DNA of 64,000 bases from a virus. The position numbers and the translations under genes were made by a program. The notes under the pieces are model-generated. The model was not told where the DNA came from, ran no database searches, and saw only the letters and a program-made list of their open reading frames with translations. Location: the IMG/VR virus record IMGVR_UViG_3300045988_185315, one strand, 5' to 3'. This document shows positions 25,939 to 35,354 of the stretch, one piece after another (the first letter of the stretch is position 1; the number at the start of each line of letters is the position of its first letter).

Positions 25939-26853
25939 TTACACGGCATCTGCCGAATTTTCAGGCAGCTGCGATACGATATGTGCAACGATACGTTCTG
26001 TACAGGCATTGACAACGGCGCTGGCAGTCCGCTGTTCACGCAGCGAATGGCAGAGTTCGTCGAGTTCGGATTCCGTGAAGGGATAGTCTGCCGAAGCAAG
26101 GAACTTCTTGCACAGTTCTTTCATGTCATCGTCGCCTAAAGGCTTGACGCGGTGTTTGAAAGTGAATCGGCGAATGAGGGCTTCGTCAAGGTTATCGACG
26201 CGGTTTGTAGTGCCAATGAGAATGACGTCATTCGGGAGCCGGTCAAGTTCCTGCATCAATGCGATGGTGACGCGGCTCATTTCAGCGACATCATCGCGGC
26301 TGCCACGGCACATTCCGATGGCGTCAATTTCATCAACACAAAGAACACAAGGCGTGCGCTTTGCGTAATCGAACACTCTGCCGATGTTCTGCTGTGTCCG
26401 GCCAAGAGCAGAATTGACAAGGCCAGAAAATTTCAGGAAAACAAACGGTAAATTCGCTTTGTGTGCAATGTAGCGGGCCAATTCAGTCTTACCAACACCA
26501 GGAAGGCCCGTCAAAAGCAAAGAGCAAGTATAGTGGATGCCAAGCTCCTTGATGGCTAAAGCTGCTTTTCTGGTAGCCAAGAGCTTGTTGATGACTGTTT
26601 CTTCCTCCTCGCGGAGCATGAACCGGCTCTCAGGGAAATTCGTGGCATCCTCCGCAATCAAGAGGTTTTCCAGGTTGGCGGGCAGCTGAATCAGTTCCGG
26701 TTTCAGAAGATTCAACTTTCTGAGTTCGTTTTCTTTGAACCTGGCGTCCTTTTCGGGTACATTCTTTTCAAGCATGATTCGGCACTGAGTCTGCGCGTTT
26801 CGAATATCGCCATCCACCACAAATCGAATTAAATTACGTACGTCGTCTGTCAT
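25939..26853 (-). CDS. AAA+ ATPase (304 aa)
   Basis: Walker A GLPGVGKTEL, Walker B VLCVDEIDAIG, sensor region TTNRVDNLDEALIRRF. Confidence 0.8.
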   Translation of the reverse strand: MTDDVRNLIRFVVDGDIRNAQTQCRIMLEKNVPEKDARFKENELRKLNLLKPELIQLPANLENLLIAEDATNFPESRFMLREEEETVINKLLATRKAALAIKELGIHYTCSLLLTGLPGVGKTELARYIAHKANLPFVFLKFSGLVNSALGRTQQNIGRVFDYAKRTPCVLCVDEIDAIGMCRGSRDDVAEMSRVTIALMQELDRLPNDVILIGTTNRVDNLDEALIRRFTFKHRVKPLGDDDMKELCKKFLASADYPFTESELDELCHSLREQRTASAVVNACTERIVAHIVSQLPENSADAV

Positions 26854-26898
26854 TTCATTTCCTCCTAAAAAAGAAATAGGCCGCCAAATGGCAGCCTG

Positions 26899-27852
26899 TT
26901 AATATGAGGTTATATTCTGATTTTTGTTTCTACTGCAAATAGTGTTTACCGTCGAAACAGAGAGATTATATTCAGTGGCAAGCGCCTGCACCTTCTCGCC
27001 TTCCCTGTGGCGTTTAGCAATCAGTGCATTACGTTCCGTGTTTTTTCGCGGACGGCCGCGTTTCTGTAAAATTCCAGCTCTGACATTTTCCTGATGAAAC
27101 GTTTCATAAATCGCCGTTTTAGAGATTCCGTATTCCTTGGCAATAGTGCTGACCGAGACCCCTCTTTCGATTTTGCTTCGAATATCGGAATTCCTTTGAT
27201 TGGTCTTGTCTTTCAGCGCCTTGTGATAGTATTCCTGACAGGTTTTTCCAATTTGGTGCATGTCCTTGTAAAGAGTGGATTTTGAAATACCGTATTTCTC
27301 ACAGATGTCTTTTGAGGACGTTCCTGCCTCATAATCCGCAAGAATCGCCTTGCGCCTTTCATCCAACTTTTTGGAATTTGTATGTAAATGCCCTGCAAGG
27401 ACGGTACGGACACTGCTTCGAGACAAAAAGTATTTTTTGGCGATTTCCTTATCAGTCATTCCGGCTTTCGCATCTTCCAACATAGCCGCATTGCGAACTT
27501 TCGTGGCAGCAGACTGCTTTTTCTTGTTCTTCTTAATCGTAGCTTGAGCGTATTCAGAAACAGTATAGTAGCACTGCTGGTAGGTCACGCCATGCTTCTT
27601 TGCGATTTCAGCAACCGTCATCCCGGCTTTCGCATCTTGAATCATAGCTTCGTTGAGAGGTGCTCTTTTTGCTTTCTTTGCAAAATTCTTTTCTTTTGCT
27701 AGGTCTCTCACCATGGCATAGCAATAAGAGCTTGAAAAATACGTTTCCTTGGCGATTTCCTTGACAGTTTTGCCAGAAAGATACATTTCCCGGACTTTTT
27801 CTCGGTCTTCTTTGACCTGCTGCTTCGCAACATCTTTCTTTGATGCAGCCAT
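26899..27852 (-). CDS. tandem helix-turn-helix repeat protein, paralogue 1 (about 6 HTH repeats, 317 aa)
   Basis: Repeated D(A/Y)KAGMTxxEIAKKYGVSxSTVY units; start at the ATG at 27852 with a GAGGAA site. Confidence 0.65.
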   Translation of the reverse strand: MAASKKDVAKQQVKEDREKVREMYLSGKTVKEIAKETYFSSSYCYAMVRDLAKEKNFAKKAKRAPLNEAMIQDAKAGMTVAEIAKKHGVTYQQCYYTVSEYAQATIKKNKKKQSAATKVRNAAMLEDAKAGMTDKEIAKKYFLSRSSVRTVLAGHLHTNSKKLDERRKAILADYEAGTSSKDICEKYGISKSTLYKDMHQIGKTCQEYYHKALKDKTNQRNSDIRSKIERGVSVSTIAKEYGISKTAIYETFHQENVRAGILQKRGRPRKNTERNALIAKRHREGEKVQALATEYNLSVSTVNTICSRNKNQNITSY

Positions 27853-27856
27853 GCAA

Positions 27857-28375
27857 TTATTCCTCACTTTGACAACTTTTACTTTTCCCTGGGCCTGGAC
27901 TATACCGCTTCATGGCGCGATATACGCTTCCCTTTTTGAGTCCGTATTCTTCCGCAAGCTCTTTGACAGAAACGCCGTTTTTGTATTTCCTGACCATCTC
28001 GGCGTTTCTTTTCTTGCCAGTCTCGATACGGTTTTGGCTGTGGATTTGTCGGCCATTCTTTCCGTGCGCATGAAGAATCCGATAAAAGAGCGTTCCACTG
28101 ATGCCGTATTTTTCCTGAAGCTCCGGAGATTTTGCGCCCATCTCATATTCATGAATCATCTGGGTTTGCCAGGCTTTCTTCTTTGCTTTTCTCTGCCGGG
28201 CCTGTTCTTCGTAAAAGTCCTTCAGACTATATCGGACAGTAGAAACACAGATTTGATACTTTTCGGCCAGCTGTTCCTGGGACATACCGTTCTTGGCATC
28301 CTCCAGCATCTTTTCATTTCGCGCTCTGACTTTGTCATGAGTTAGACACACGTGGGTAATCTTGTTAATCGGCAT
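27857..28375 (-). CDS. tandem HTH repeat protein, paralogue 2 (172 aa)
   Basis: Three HTH units (e.g. MSQEQLAEKYQICVSTVRY); AAGGAG site upstream. Confidence 0.65.
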   Translation of the reverse strand: MPINKITHVCLTHDKVRARNEKMLEDAKNGMSQEQLAEKYQICVSTVRYSLKDFYEEQARQRKAKKKAWQTQMIHEYEMGAKSPELQEKYGISGTLFYRILHAHGKNGRQIHSQNRIETGKKRNAEMVRKYKNGVSVKELAEEYGLKKGSVYRAMKRYSPGPGKSKSCQSEE

Positions 28376-28892
28376 TTTCGCTATTCTCCTTAGCTCTGGC
28401 TTTTACGTTATACTGGTAAATCCCATTTTGATGAAGGATAAGATAACCTAGTGAAGGGCTGATATTTACCTCCCTGCTCAACTCGATAATCGATTTTCGA
28501 GGATTTTTCTTGTAAGCATCAAGAAAAGTTTGGTTCCGCATCTTTTTCTCTTTTTTGAGAGCCGTTTCAATATGATTGTATTTTTGGCTTTCGTACTCTC
28601 CGCTCGAATGCAAGATTGCATAAATACGCTGCATGGAAATGCCGTACATCTTGCCCAATTCTCTGGCCGTCATACCGCCTTTATACTGTTTAACAATTTG
28701 CTCATTTCGAGTGGTAAGTCTCTTCCTCTTTTTTTCAAAATAGAGAGGCGGCTCCTGCGTACCTTTTAGAATCTTGTAGCACATCGTTTCTGAAAGATTA
28801 TATTCCCTCGCGATTTCTAAAATCGGCTTTCCATTTTTGTAATCTTCGATGATGCTTTTATTGCGGTTCATGCGTTCTTCTTTGTTTGACAT
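28365..28892 (-). CDS. tandem HTH repeat protein, paralogue 3 (175 aa)
   Basis: Start at the ATG at 28892 with a GGAGG site; units like KPILEIAREYNLSETMCYKIL; the upstream part of the track ORF is the promoter region. Confidence 0.6.
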   Translation of the reverse strand: MSNKEERMNRNKSIIEDYKNGKPILEIAREYNLSETMCYKILKGTQEPPLYFEKKRKRLTTRNEQIVKQYKGGMTARELGKMYGISMQRIYAILHSSGEYESQKYNHIETALKKEKKMRNQTFLDAYKKNPRKSIIELSREVNISPSLGYLILHQNGIYQYNVKARAKENSENAD

Positions 28893-29003
28893 AAAGCCTC
28901 CGATAAAAAGAAAGAGCAGGTTCAAAACTGAGCCCGCCCTGCCTTTCGGTCGGATTTTGCCCGACCAACGATGTTTTTTGATGCCTTTCGTTCTATATTT
29001 TGT

Positions 29004-29031
29004 ATTATATGCAATTCGCACAGATGCACAA
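29004..29031 (-). promoter_or_regulatory. promoter of the conserved family (TTGTGC-N16-TATAAT)
   Basis: Reverse complement TTGTGCatctgtgcgaattgcaTATAAT. Confidence 0.55.
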
Positions 29032-29129
29032 TGTTTTTCTTTCTGGTAATTTATGGTAAGTGTTGTGCAAAAAAATAAGACCACCACCCTTTTTGGGGCA
29101 GTGGTCTTGATTGCTATTGCTTTTGAAAA

Positions 29130-29579
29130 TCAATCCAGTAGTTTTCCGGCCTTGTATGAGTGGTACAAATAGCTCGGATTACAATAGTAAGTTGCAGTAT
29201 TAAAATCTGAGATGTCATCGCTAATGAACGAGGAAAATACATCAATTACATCCTGGACACTAGGAGTGCTAGTACAGTCAAAGATGATGCGCTGGTACAC
29301 TTTTCCGATATCTGTATAAGATGGAACCTTGTAATGGCAGTTAGACACCGTATCATACGTTCCTTCCGGCACAGGAAAAAGCTCACAAATTTCATCGGCA
29401 GATTGCTCAAAGCTCTGGCAGTGAAACACATCCGCTGAGTCGAGAATTGCCTTGACTCCGTTTGTGCCAAGAGCAGAAACCACATCCTTGCGATGATTCC
29501 TCGTAACGCGGCCGATATATTCAATCAGGCTGCAGGTATAAAAGACATCGTTTTTGCTGTAGGTTGCAGTTTCAGTCAT
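29130..29579 (-). CDS. hypothetical protein (149 aa), possible DUF3791-like partner of the next gene
   Basis: Overlaps the upstream gene by 4 nt; family assignment from memory only. Confidence 0.4.
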   Translation of the reverse strand: MTETATYSKNDVFYTCSLIEYIGRVTRNHRKDVVSALGTNGVKAILDSADVFHCQSFEQSADEICELFPVPEGTYDTVSNCHYKVPSYTDIGKVYQRIIFDCTSTPSVQDVIDVFSSFISDDISDFNTATYYCNPSYLYHSYKAGKLLD

Positions 29580-30028
29580 ACTTCAATCGCCTCCTTAAAA
29601 GAGAGACATTTCAAAGCGACTTCCGTGTGAAAGCTGATTTGATGCGTGGGATGCTTGAATTTTGCCAACGCCCAAAAAGCTTCACGGCTAATATCACCGC
29701 TTAGAAAGTCGTTGACGTAGTTCCAAATGGTGTCATCCGCCATGGGCCCTTCCACAATATCATAGTCATGATGTTTGCCCGAGCGACATATAGCAATAAA
29801 ATCAAGCCACTCATCACTCATTTCGGGGAATTTCTTAATATTTAGCATGGGAGATTCTGTATATTCAAACACGTTGACAATACCACGAGACCTGCCTTTT
29901 TTTGACCAGCGAGCGGCTTGTTCGTAGTTGCTAGTGCAATAGAATCCCCATGAAAAATCTTTGGCGTACCTTGTTTTTCTGACCTCAGGGTTGCGGACTA
30001 TTACATCGCTGCCATGATACAGAACCAT
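29576..30028 (-). CDS. DUF3990-like protein (150 aa)
   Basis: N-terminal MVLYHGSDVIV…FSWGFYCTSNYEQAARWS resembles the DUF3990 signature; start reset to the ATG at 30028. Confidence 0.45.
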   Translation of the reverse strand: MVLYHGSDVIVRNPEVRKTRYAKDFSWGFYCTSNYEQAARWSKKGRSRGIVNVFEYTESPMLNIKKFPEMSDEWLDFIAICRSGKHHDYDIVEGPMADDTIWNYVNDFLSGDISREAFWALAKFKHPTHQISFHTEVALKCLSFKEAIEV

Positions 30029-30149
30029 TATTATCACTTCCTTGCATATATTATACTTGTTTTTATGTGTCAACACAATCATTTCGTATGATTTTGGTTC
30101 CTACGCTTTCTGCTGAAAGAATCCGAATCAAAGTTTCGTTCTAGGAGTA

Positions 30150-31583
30150 TCAGCTGTTCGATTCACCCGGCAGCCACTGCTGCGGATAAGCTCGAAGCAG
30201 GTTCTTTGGTACGCAGTCGTTCAGAGCGGAGTGTTCAGCAAGCGCCATATCAATGATGTAGTAATCATTGCCGTTGCGCATTACATCGACGCTCCACTGC
30301 CCTGTCAACTCAATGCGAGGAATAACCTTCTTCAGCTCAGCCAGAACAGTTTGAACGCTTTCGTGGTAACGCTGGTTCAGAATGTCTTCATGCATCTTGT
30401 AGACAACATAATCATGGCGTTCCTGTGGGCTGCTGACTTTTTTGAATTCGTTCTTCATAATATCGCTGCGCCAATAAGGACTTGCGCCAAGGATTTCCTT
30501 TGTATCAAAATCCACAAACACGCGATATTCAGTGTGCAGCGGCAAACCGTTGTAGATGGTGGGGTTATTTTCTTTGTCCTTGATGTATTCTCTGACAACC
30601 CACTCGTTCGTGGTGTTCGCGCCGTAGAAGCAGCGATTGTTCAGAGGGGATGCCATCGAGCATGTCAGATGATTCAAAAACAAGAAATACTCGCCCATCT
30701 CATTGATTTCCTTCGGGTTATGGATATGAGCGTTGCGGAATTCGTATTTGGAAGAATACGTGCCCGTTTTGATAAAATAGTCTTCGTATCCATCAAGATG
30801 GAAGACTTTCTGGCAATAACGGTTCACGATTTCCTTTGTAACGGGATTCAACGTCTCGAAACCAAGGCGGGTAAGCTGCAGCATGGTGATAGGTACGCGA
30901 AGAATTTTTGTGTCCGGAACCTTGAAAAATGCGCTGCCGTACAATCCCTCTACCAGAGGAGGAAACCAGAAGCCCATAGAGTTGGGGTTCATCTCAAGCA
31001 TCTGATAAGTGAAGTCATCAAGGTCGAGGATGTCAAGACCTTGACGGAACATGTTGTAGTAGAACATTTTTGTGCTGTCGTTCTTTGCATTCTTGTAGCC
31101 TGCGTAGTTTTGAAGCAGTTCCTTGTACGACGGCTCAGAAATGTCAATCTTCATCAACTTTCCGGTGAGCTGCGGACGGAGTTCTTCGGGGTAGCGTTTC
31201 AACTCCTCGTTTGTAACCTCTGTCATAAAGTCGCGGTTGGCAGAGTATGTCACATAATAGCCACCGCGTTCCGCGTTGTAGATGTACAGACGCGTTTCAA
31301 GCACCAGTTCTGTGACGATGCGGTCAATGAGCGAATTGAGTTCCGGTGGGAAGTAGACCTTTTTGTCGAGAATTGCTTTGACTGTAGCTGTATCCCACTG
31401 GAGCATATTTTCATGCAGCTCTCCGCTTTCAAGAACCTGTGTCTTATAGACCTCATCAAAGGTTTTGAGGGCATCAGGGTCAGTTTTGAGCATTGCTGCA
31501 AGCTCCTCATAGGAAAACGGCTTATCTTTCTTATCGGTTAAGATGGCGCTGATTTGTTCAAATATGTCTTTTGTTTCAGTCAT
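30150..31583 (-). CDS. hypothetical protein (477 aa), possible ATP-grasp-like fold
   Basis: EYRVFVDFD and surrounding hydrophobic pattern are reminiscent of ATP-grasp nucleotide-binding strands; weak. Confidence 0.3.
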   Translation of the reverse strand: MTETKDIFEQISAILTDKKDKPFSYEELAAMLKTDPDALKTFDEVYKTQVLESGELHENMLQWDTATVKAILDKKVYFPPELNSLIDRIVTELVLETRLYIYNAERGGYYVTYSANRDFMTEVTNEELKRYPEELRPQLTGKLMKIDISEPSYKELLQNYAGYKNAKNDSTKMFYYNMFRQGLDILDLDDFTYQMLEMNPNSMGFWFPPLVEGLYGSAFFKVPDTKILRVPITMLQLTRLGFETLNPVTKEIVNRYCQKVFHLDGYEDYFIKTGTYSSKYEFRNAHIHNPKEINEMGEYFLFLNHLTCSMASPLNNRCFYGANTTNEWVVREYIKDKENNPTIYNGLPLHTEYRVFVDFDTKEILGASPYWRSDIMKNEFKKVSSPQERHDYVVYKMHEDILNQRYHESVQTVLAELKKVIPRIELTGQWSVDVMRNGNDYYIIDMALAEHSALNDCVPKNLLRAYPQQWLPGESNS

Positions 31584-31653
31584 TTGTGGTCTCCTTTTCT
31601 AAAAAAGCCACCGTTTCTGTAGGAAAACAGTGGCAATGTATAAGTGATATGGT

Positions 31654-32394
31654 TTAGCTTGCAATGTACAACTCGCTGTTGGAAATGTTCTCCAGCCAGT
31701 TTTTGTTCATTACATTACCAAAACGATATTTCTTCTGCGACTTGTAGGACCAATCGCAGCCGGAAACGACATCACCGATGGCGTTCAAGTACAGCTCGCC
31801 GCTGTAAAAGTCGATATCGCCGGTTTTGTTGAATTCGTATTCGAGCTTGTCTACATGAGGTTCACGCTTCTTATAGATATTCGAATCGAGATTCTTAGCA
31901 CGCCCTTCGTTCAGTAAATAAGCCAGATGAAAGTCCGTTACCTTATCGTTACGGTTATATTTCAAGCCACTAAGGATACTTTTACTTTCATATGGGATTA
32001 CTTCGTGGAAGTTATCACTGCTGATGCAAAGACCGCACATATAGTCATCTTTTTCATCGCAGTAGGCCCACCACTCCAGACTCGCCATAGCAAGGTCAGC
32101 CATCTTATCGACAGCTTTTCCGTTAGTGACCATGTAAAAGCTTCCAACGGCGATACCGCGCTCTTTGACAGCTTTCAAGGTGTATCGAATTGCCGGTATA
32201 TTCAGAGAGATTTCCCCACCGGTAAAGGTAAGAGAGCTGATATAAGCTCCCTTCTCAAAGTTGTCGAGAAAAGCATCGATGTACTTCTCCTGAATATCGA
32301 TGCTTTCGGCATCTCCGCGCAGGCAGTGCGCACAGCACATATTGCATCGGCGCGTAACTTCTATGAATACGTTGTTTGCGCTATAAATACGCAT
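31654..32394 (-). CDS. radical SAM domain protein (246 aa)
   Basis: N-terminal CNMCCAHC = Cx3Cx2C cluster motif plus FTGGE glycine-rich SAM-binding motif. Confidence 0.7.
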   Translation of the reverse strand: MRIYSANNVFIEVTRRCNMCCAHCLRGDAESIDIQEKYIDAFLDNFEKGAYISSLTFTGGEISLNIPAIRYTLKAVKERGIAVGSFYMVTNGKAVDKMADLAMASLEWWAYCDEKDDYMCGLCISSDNFHEVIPYESKSILSGLKYNRNDKVTDFHLAYLLNEGRAKNLDSNIYKKREPHVDKLEYEFNKTGDIDFYSGELYLNAIGDVVSGCDWSYKSQKKYRFGNVMNKNWLENISNSELYIAS

Positions 32395-32412
32395 TTTTTC
32401 ATGCCCTTTCTG

Positions 32413-32739
32413 TTATTCTTCCTCGCAATCCTCGTAGTCGTCCATGAAGTTCTCGTTGCGGTCAACGACAACATTCACATCCGGCGGAGCGATTTTAGTC
32501 AGGCCATAGTTCAAGAAGAACGAGCCGGGAATGTCATCGACATCGCCCCAGTTCCAGCAACCACAGTTGATTTCCAGCTGTCGTTTGCCTTCATCCGTCT
32601 TGAGATAGTCCTTGACAGCACTGCGCAGGACCGTTTCGGGGTCACAGATTTGCTCCGGATTGTAGCTAAACTGAATCAGTGTGCATTCCGTTGCGGATAA
32701 GCCAATGACCTCATTGGCGACGATAGTGAATACTTCCAT
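32413..32739 (-). CDS. hypothetical acidic protein (108 aa)
   Basis: Start at the ATG at 32739 with a GGGAGGGAA site. Confidence 0.45.
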   Translation of the reverse strand: MEVFTIVANEVIGLSATECTLIQFSYNPEQICDPETVLRSAVKDYLKTDEGKRQLEINCGCWNWGDVDDIPGSFFLNYGLTKIAPPDVNVVVDRNENFMDDYEDCEEE

Positions 32740-32755
32740 CGTAAGTTCCCTCCCC

Positions 32756-33082
32756 TCACGCGTTGACGATACCGCCGTGCTTGGCAAGAACCGCGTCTAC
32801 GGTTTCTACGGGCACATACCCGTAGACCGTAGCCAGCGGTGCCTCGTCGTCTTCAGCAAACGGCAGAAACTCTTCGACCTCCTCAGACAAGTAGCTGAGT
32901 TCGACCTTAGAGTAATTGCCGTCCGACAGGTCTTCGTTCGGTATGCAGTAGTGCATGCTGCTTGCCTGAATCGACAGGTTGAAGCCGTCTGCACAGACTG
33001 CAATCGGCCGAAGCGCAGGGGTGCCGAAGATGGTTTTGGAAAAGGTCTTGCGGAGAAATTCGTTAACATTGTTGATAGCCAT
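32756..33082 (-). CDS. hypothetical protein (108 aa)
   Basis: ORF. Confidence 0.45.
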   Translation of the reverse strand: MAINNVNEFLRKTFSKTIFGTPALRPIAVCADGFNLSIQASSMHYCIPNEDLSDGNYSKVELSYLSEEVEEFLPFAEDDEAPLATVYGYVPVETVDAVLAKHGGIVNA

Positions 33083-33121
33083 AGCGGTATACTTCCTTTC
33101 TGTTGTATGAGATGTTTTTTG

Positions 33122-33862
33122 TCAGATGTACTTTTCCCAGAAGCGCTCGAACTCTTCGTCCGGCATCTGGGCTTCGGTTTCATCCATCACACGGTCGTAA
33201 GTATCACTGGAAATGTCGGTCCCGACAAAATCAGCAACAGCCTCATGTCCACGCTTTTGGATGGCATCCTTCAGGATAGCCCACCGACATTCATGGATAG
33301 CGTCCGTGAGCGATTTGCCGTCGTGCGCTTCCCAATATTCGCCGGTCTGCTGGATTCGGTAGAACTCATCCAATGCGTTGTTGACATCGTTCTCATCCAT
33401 GATGTCAGAGACAAAATTGAGCGGGTAGGACTGCCCGTCAATTTCGACATCTGCATGGCTGAACGAGTCATCATCATCGGGGCTTGCGCAGCATTCGACA
33501 GCAAAAACTTCATGGGTTTTGCGGTTGGCTTTGCATGGCAGATTGAACATTGCACCGGAATCAAAGCAGGACTCAATGCAGGCATTGACCACATCGCTTA
33601 CGGGAGACTCTGCAGCCTCCTGATATTCCGGCATGTGCCAGATGTCGATGCTTGCCTTGTTGGTATCCTCAATGTTGCGGACCTTCAAGACACGGACACC
33701 CTTCTTCTCCATGTGAATGACGGCACGGCACAGGTCCACACGGATTTCGTGTGAATCCATAATGGTGCCACGGTCATCCTTAGGTAGGAAGATTTCGATA
33801 ACTTTGTTGATGTTAGGGGTTTCGGCGACGAAGTAGACCTTGTCATCGTGAATTTTGAACAT
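33122..33862 (-). CDS. hypothetical protein (246 aa)
   Basis: Start at MFKIHDDK; upstream track-ORF residues cover promoter P8/terminator. Confidence 0.5.
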   Translation of the reverse strand: MFKIHDDKVYFVAETPNINKVIEIFLPKDDRGTIMDSHEIRVDLCRAVIHMEKKGVRVLKVRNIEDTNKASIDIWHMPEYQEAAESPVSDVVNACIESCFDSGAMFNLPCKANRKTHEVFAVECCASPDDDDSFSHADVEIDGQSYPLNFVSDIMDENDVNNALDEFYRIQQTGEYWEAHDGKSLTDAIHECRWAILKDAIQKRGHEAVADFVGTDISSDTYDRVMDETEAQMPDEEFERFWEKYI

Positions 33863-33971
33863 TGCGTTATACTCCTTTTTTATAGTTGCGCAAACAAAAA
33901 AGGCAGGCCCACCAAGACGGTGAGTCTGCCTTATGTCTGCAGAATTGTGAATTGTACGAAAGGCAGAATGC

Positions 33972-34001
33972 CTTTTTCGATGTTTGTTATCTATCGTACA
34001 T
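33972..34001 (-). promoter_or_regulatory. promoter of the conserved family (TCGACA-N16-TACAAT); extended duplicate of the P2 region
   Basis: Reverse complement TCGACAagctgtgcgaactgacTACAAT; 33938-34010 about 85% identical to 1869-1950. Confidence 0.5.
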
Positions 34002-34052
34002 TTTTTATTGTAGTCAGTTCGCACAGCTTGTCGAGTAAATCAGGTGCAATTT

Positions 34053-35213
34053 TTATGGTTTGCAAATCCCGCACGCCGAATACCCTTCCTGGATGAGCTC
34101 ATCGCGGGGCCCCATATAGTCGATTCTATTCTTTTGACTCATCGATTCGACTGCAGAGCAATCGGGTTTGTGAAACTTCATAGTGCTCGTGTTCAGAACG
34201 TATGTCTCGTCTATGACAAGTGAAGCTTTGTCCTGTTCATCCTTGGAATCTGCAGCACTACCGGCTTCAATCCGATTTTCATCATGATATTCACCGGAAG
34301 TGAAACTTACCTCTTTGCCATCCGAGGTGCAGTAAATATCACCCAGCAGGTCTGTGCGATAAACCTCGACACCTTTGTTTTGCAACTTGTCGAGTGTTTC
34401 TTGATGTGGATGACCGTAACTGTTCCCTGTGCCACAAGAAATCACAGCATATGTTGGATTTACCGCATCCAGAAAAGCCTCTGAGGTAGATGTACTTGAG
34501 CCATGGTGCCCTACTTTCAGAACTGTTGACTGAATGTCTTGTCCCGATGCAAGTATCACGTTTTCCGCTTCCTGTTCCGCATCTCCGGTAAAGAGGAACG
34601 AGGTGTCTCCATAGACAATACGCAAAACAATCGAAGTATTGTTCGTGTCATCGGGAACAGAATTAACACCAACTATCGTGAATTCTGCTTCCCCCAGAGT
34701 GTAGGTTTCACCCACATCCGGTATCGTGATGCCTCCGCCTTTTTGCTCCGCGTAGCTTGCAAAGTCCCGAAATGCTTTGCTGTCGTATTCTGTCACAGGG
34801 CATAGAGTCATGTCCGCAGTGACGGCCTCAAAAGCACCGGACAAGCCGCCGATGTGGTCTTCGTGCGCGTGAGTCCCAACGACATAATCCAGGTGCCCAT
34901 CGGTTTCACGCTGCATAACAGAATATAAGAGGTTAGAATCATCGACATTACCGCCATCAATAAGCATTGAGTGGCCGTCGCAGGTGATAAGGGCGGAATC
35001 CGCCTGCCCTACGTCTATAAAGTGAATGGTAAAGCTGCCGTCCACCGAACCGCCAGCCGTCTGTTCACTGCTTGCAGTGCTTTCTGAGACGACCCCGGTG
35101 CTGGATGGACTTTCCGATATTATCGGATTCTGACCGCAGCAGGTGAAGCTGAGTGCAAGGAGCGTAGCGATGATTGCCGCCGTGCTCCGGAATAGATTGT
35201 TTTTGAGTTTCAT
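34053..35213 (-). CDS. MBL-fold metallo-hydrolase lipoprotein (ComEC C-terminal-domain-like), 386 aa
   Basis: Lipoprotein signal LALSFTCCG; HAHEDHIGG metallo-beta-lactamase motif; VGHHGS. Confidence 0.7.
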   Translation of the reverse strand: MKLKNNLFRSTAAIIATLLALSFTCCGQNPIISESPSSTGVVSESTASSEQTAGGSVDGSFTIHFIDVGQADSALITCDGHSMLIDGGNVDDSNLLYSVMQRETDGHLDYVVGTHAHEDHIGGLSGAFEAVTADMTLCPVTEYDSKAFRDFASYAEQKGGGITIPDVGETYTLGEAEFTIVGVNSVPDDTNNTSIVLRIVYGDTSFLFTGDAEQEAENVILASGQDIQSTVLKVGHHGSSTSTSEAFLDAVNPTYAVISCGTGNSYGHPHQETLDKLQNKGVEVYRTDLLGDIYCTSDGKEVSFTSGEYHDENRIEAGSAADSKDEQDKASLVIDETYVLNTSTMKFHKPDCSAVESMSQKNRIDYMGPRDELIQEGYSACGICKP

Positions 35214-35224
35214 ACTTTTTCTCC

Positions 35225-35262
35225 TTTCAACAAAAAAAAGCGGACCTACCCCGCTATGGGAT
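35225..35262 (-). terminator. intrinsic terminator (AGCGGAC…GTCCGCT + T8 on minus strand)
   Basis: Hairpin followed by TTTTTTTTG on the minus strand. Confidence 0.55.
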
Positions 35263-35354
35263 AAGTCCGCTTAAAATACAGATTGTGAATCCTACTGATT
35301 TTTAGTATCTGTTCACATTTTATATTGTACTGCGTTCGTATATTTTGGCAAGCG

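Noticed and set aside
30231-31541. 436-aa plus-strand ORF
   Set aside because: Fully antisense to the 477-aa minus-strand gene; no ribosome-binding site; hydrophobic-biased composition typical of shadow ORFs.
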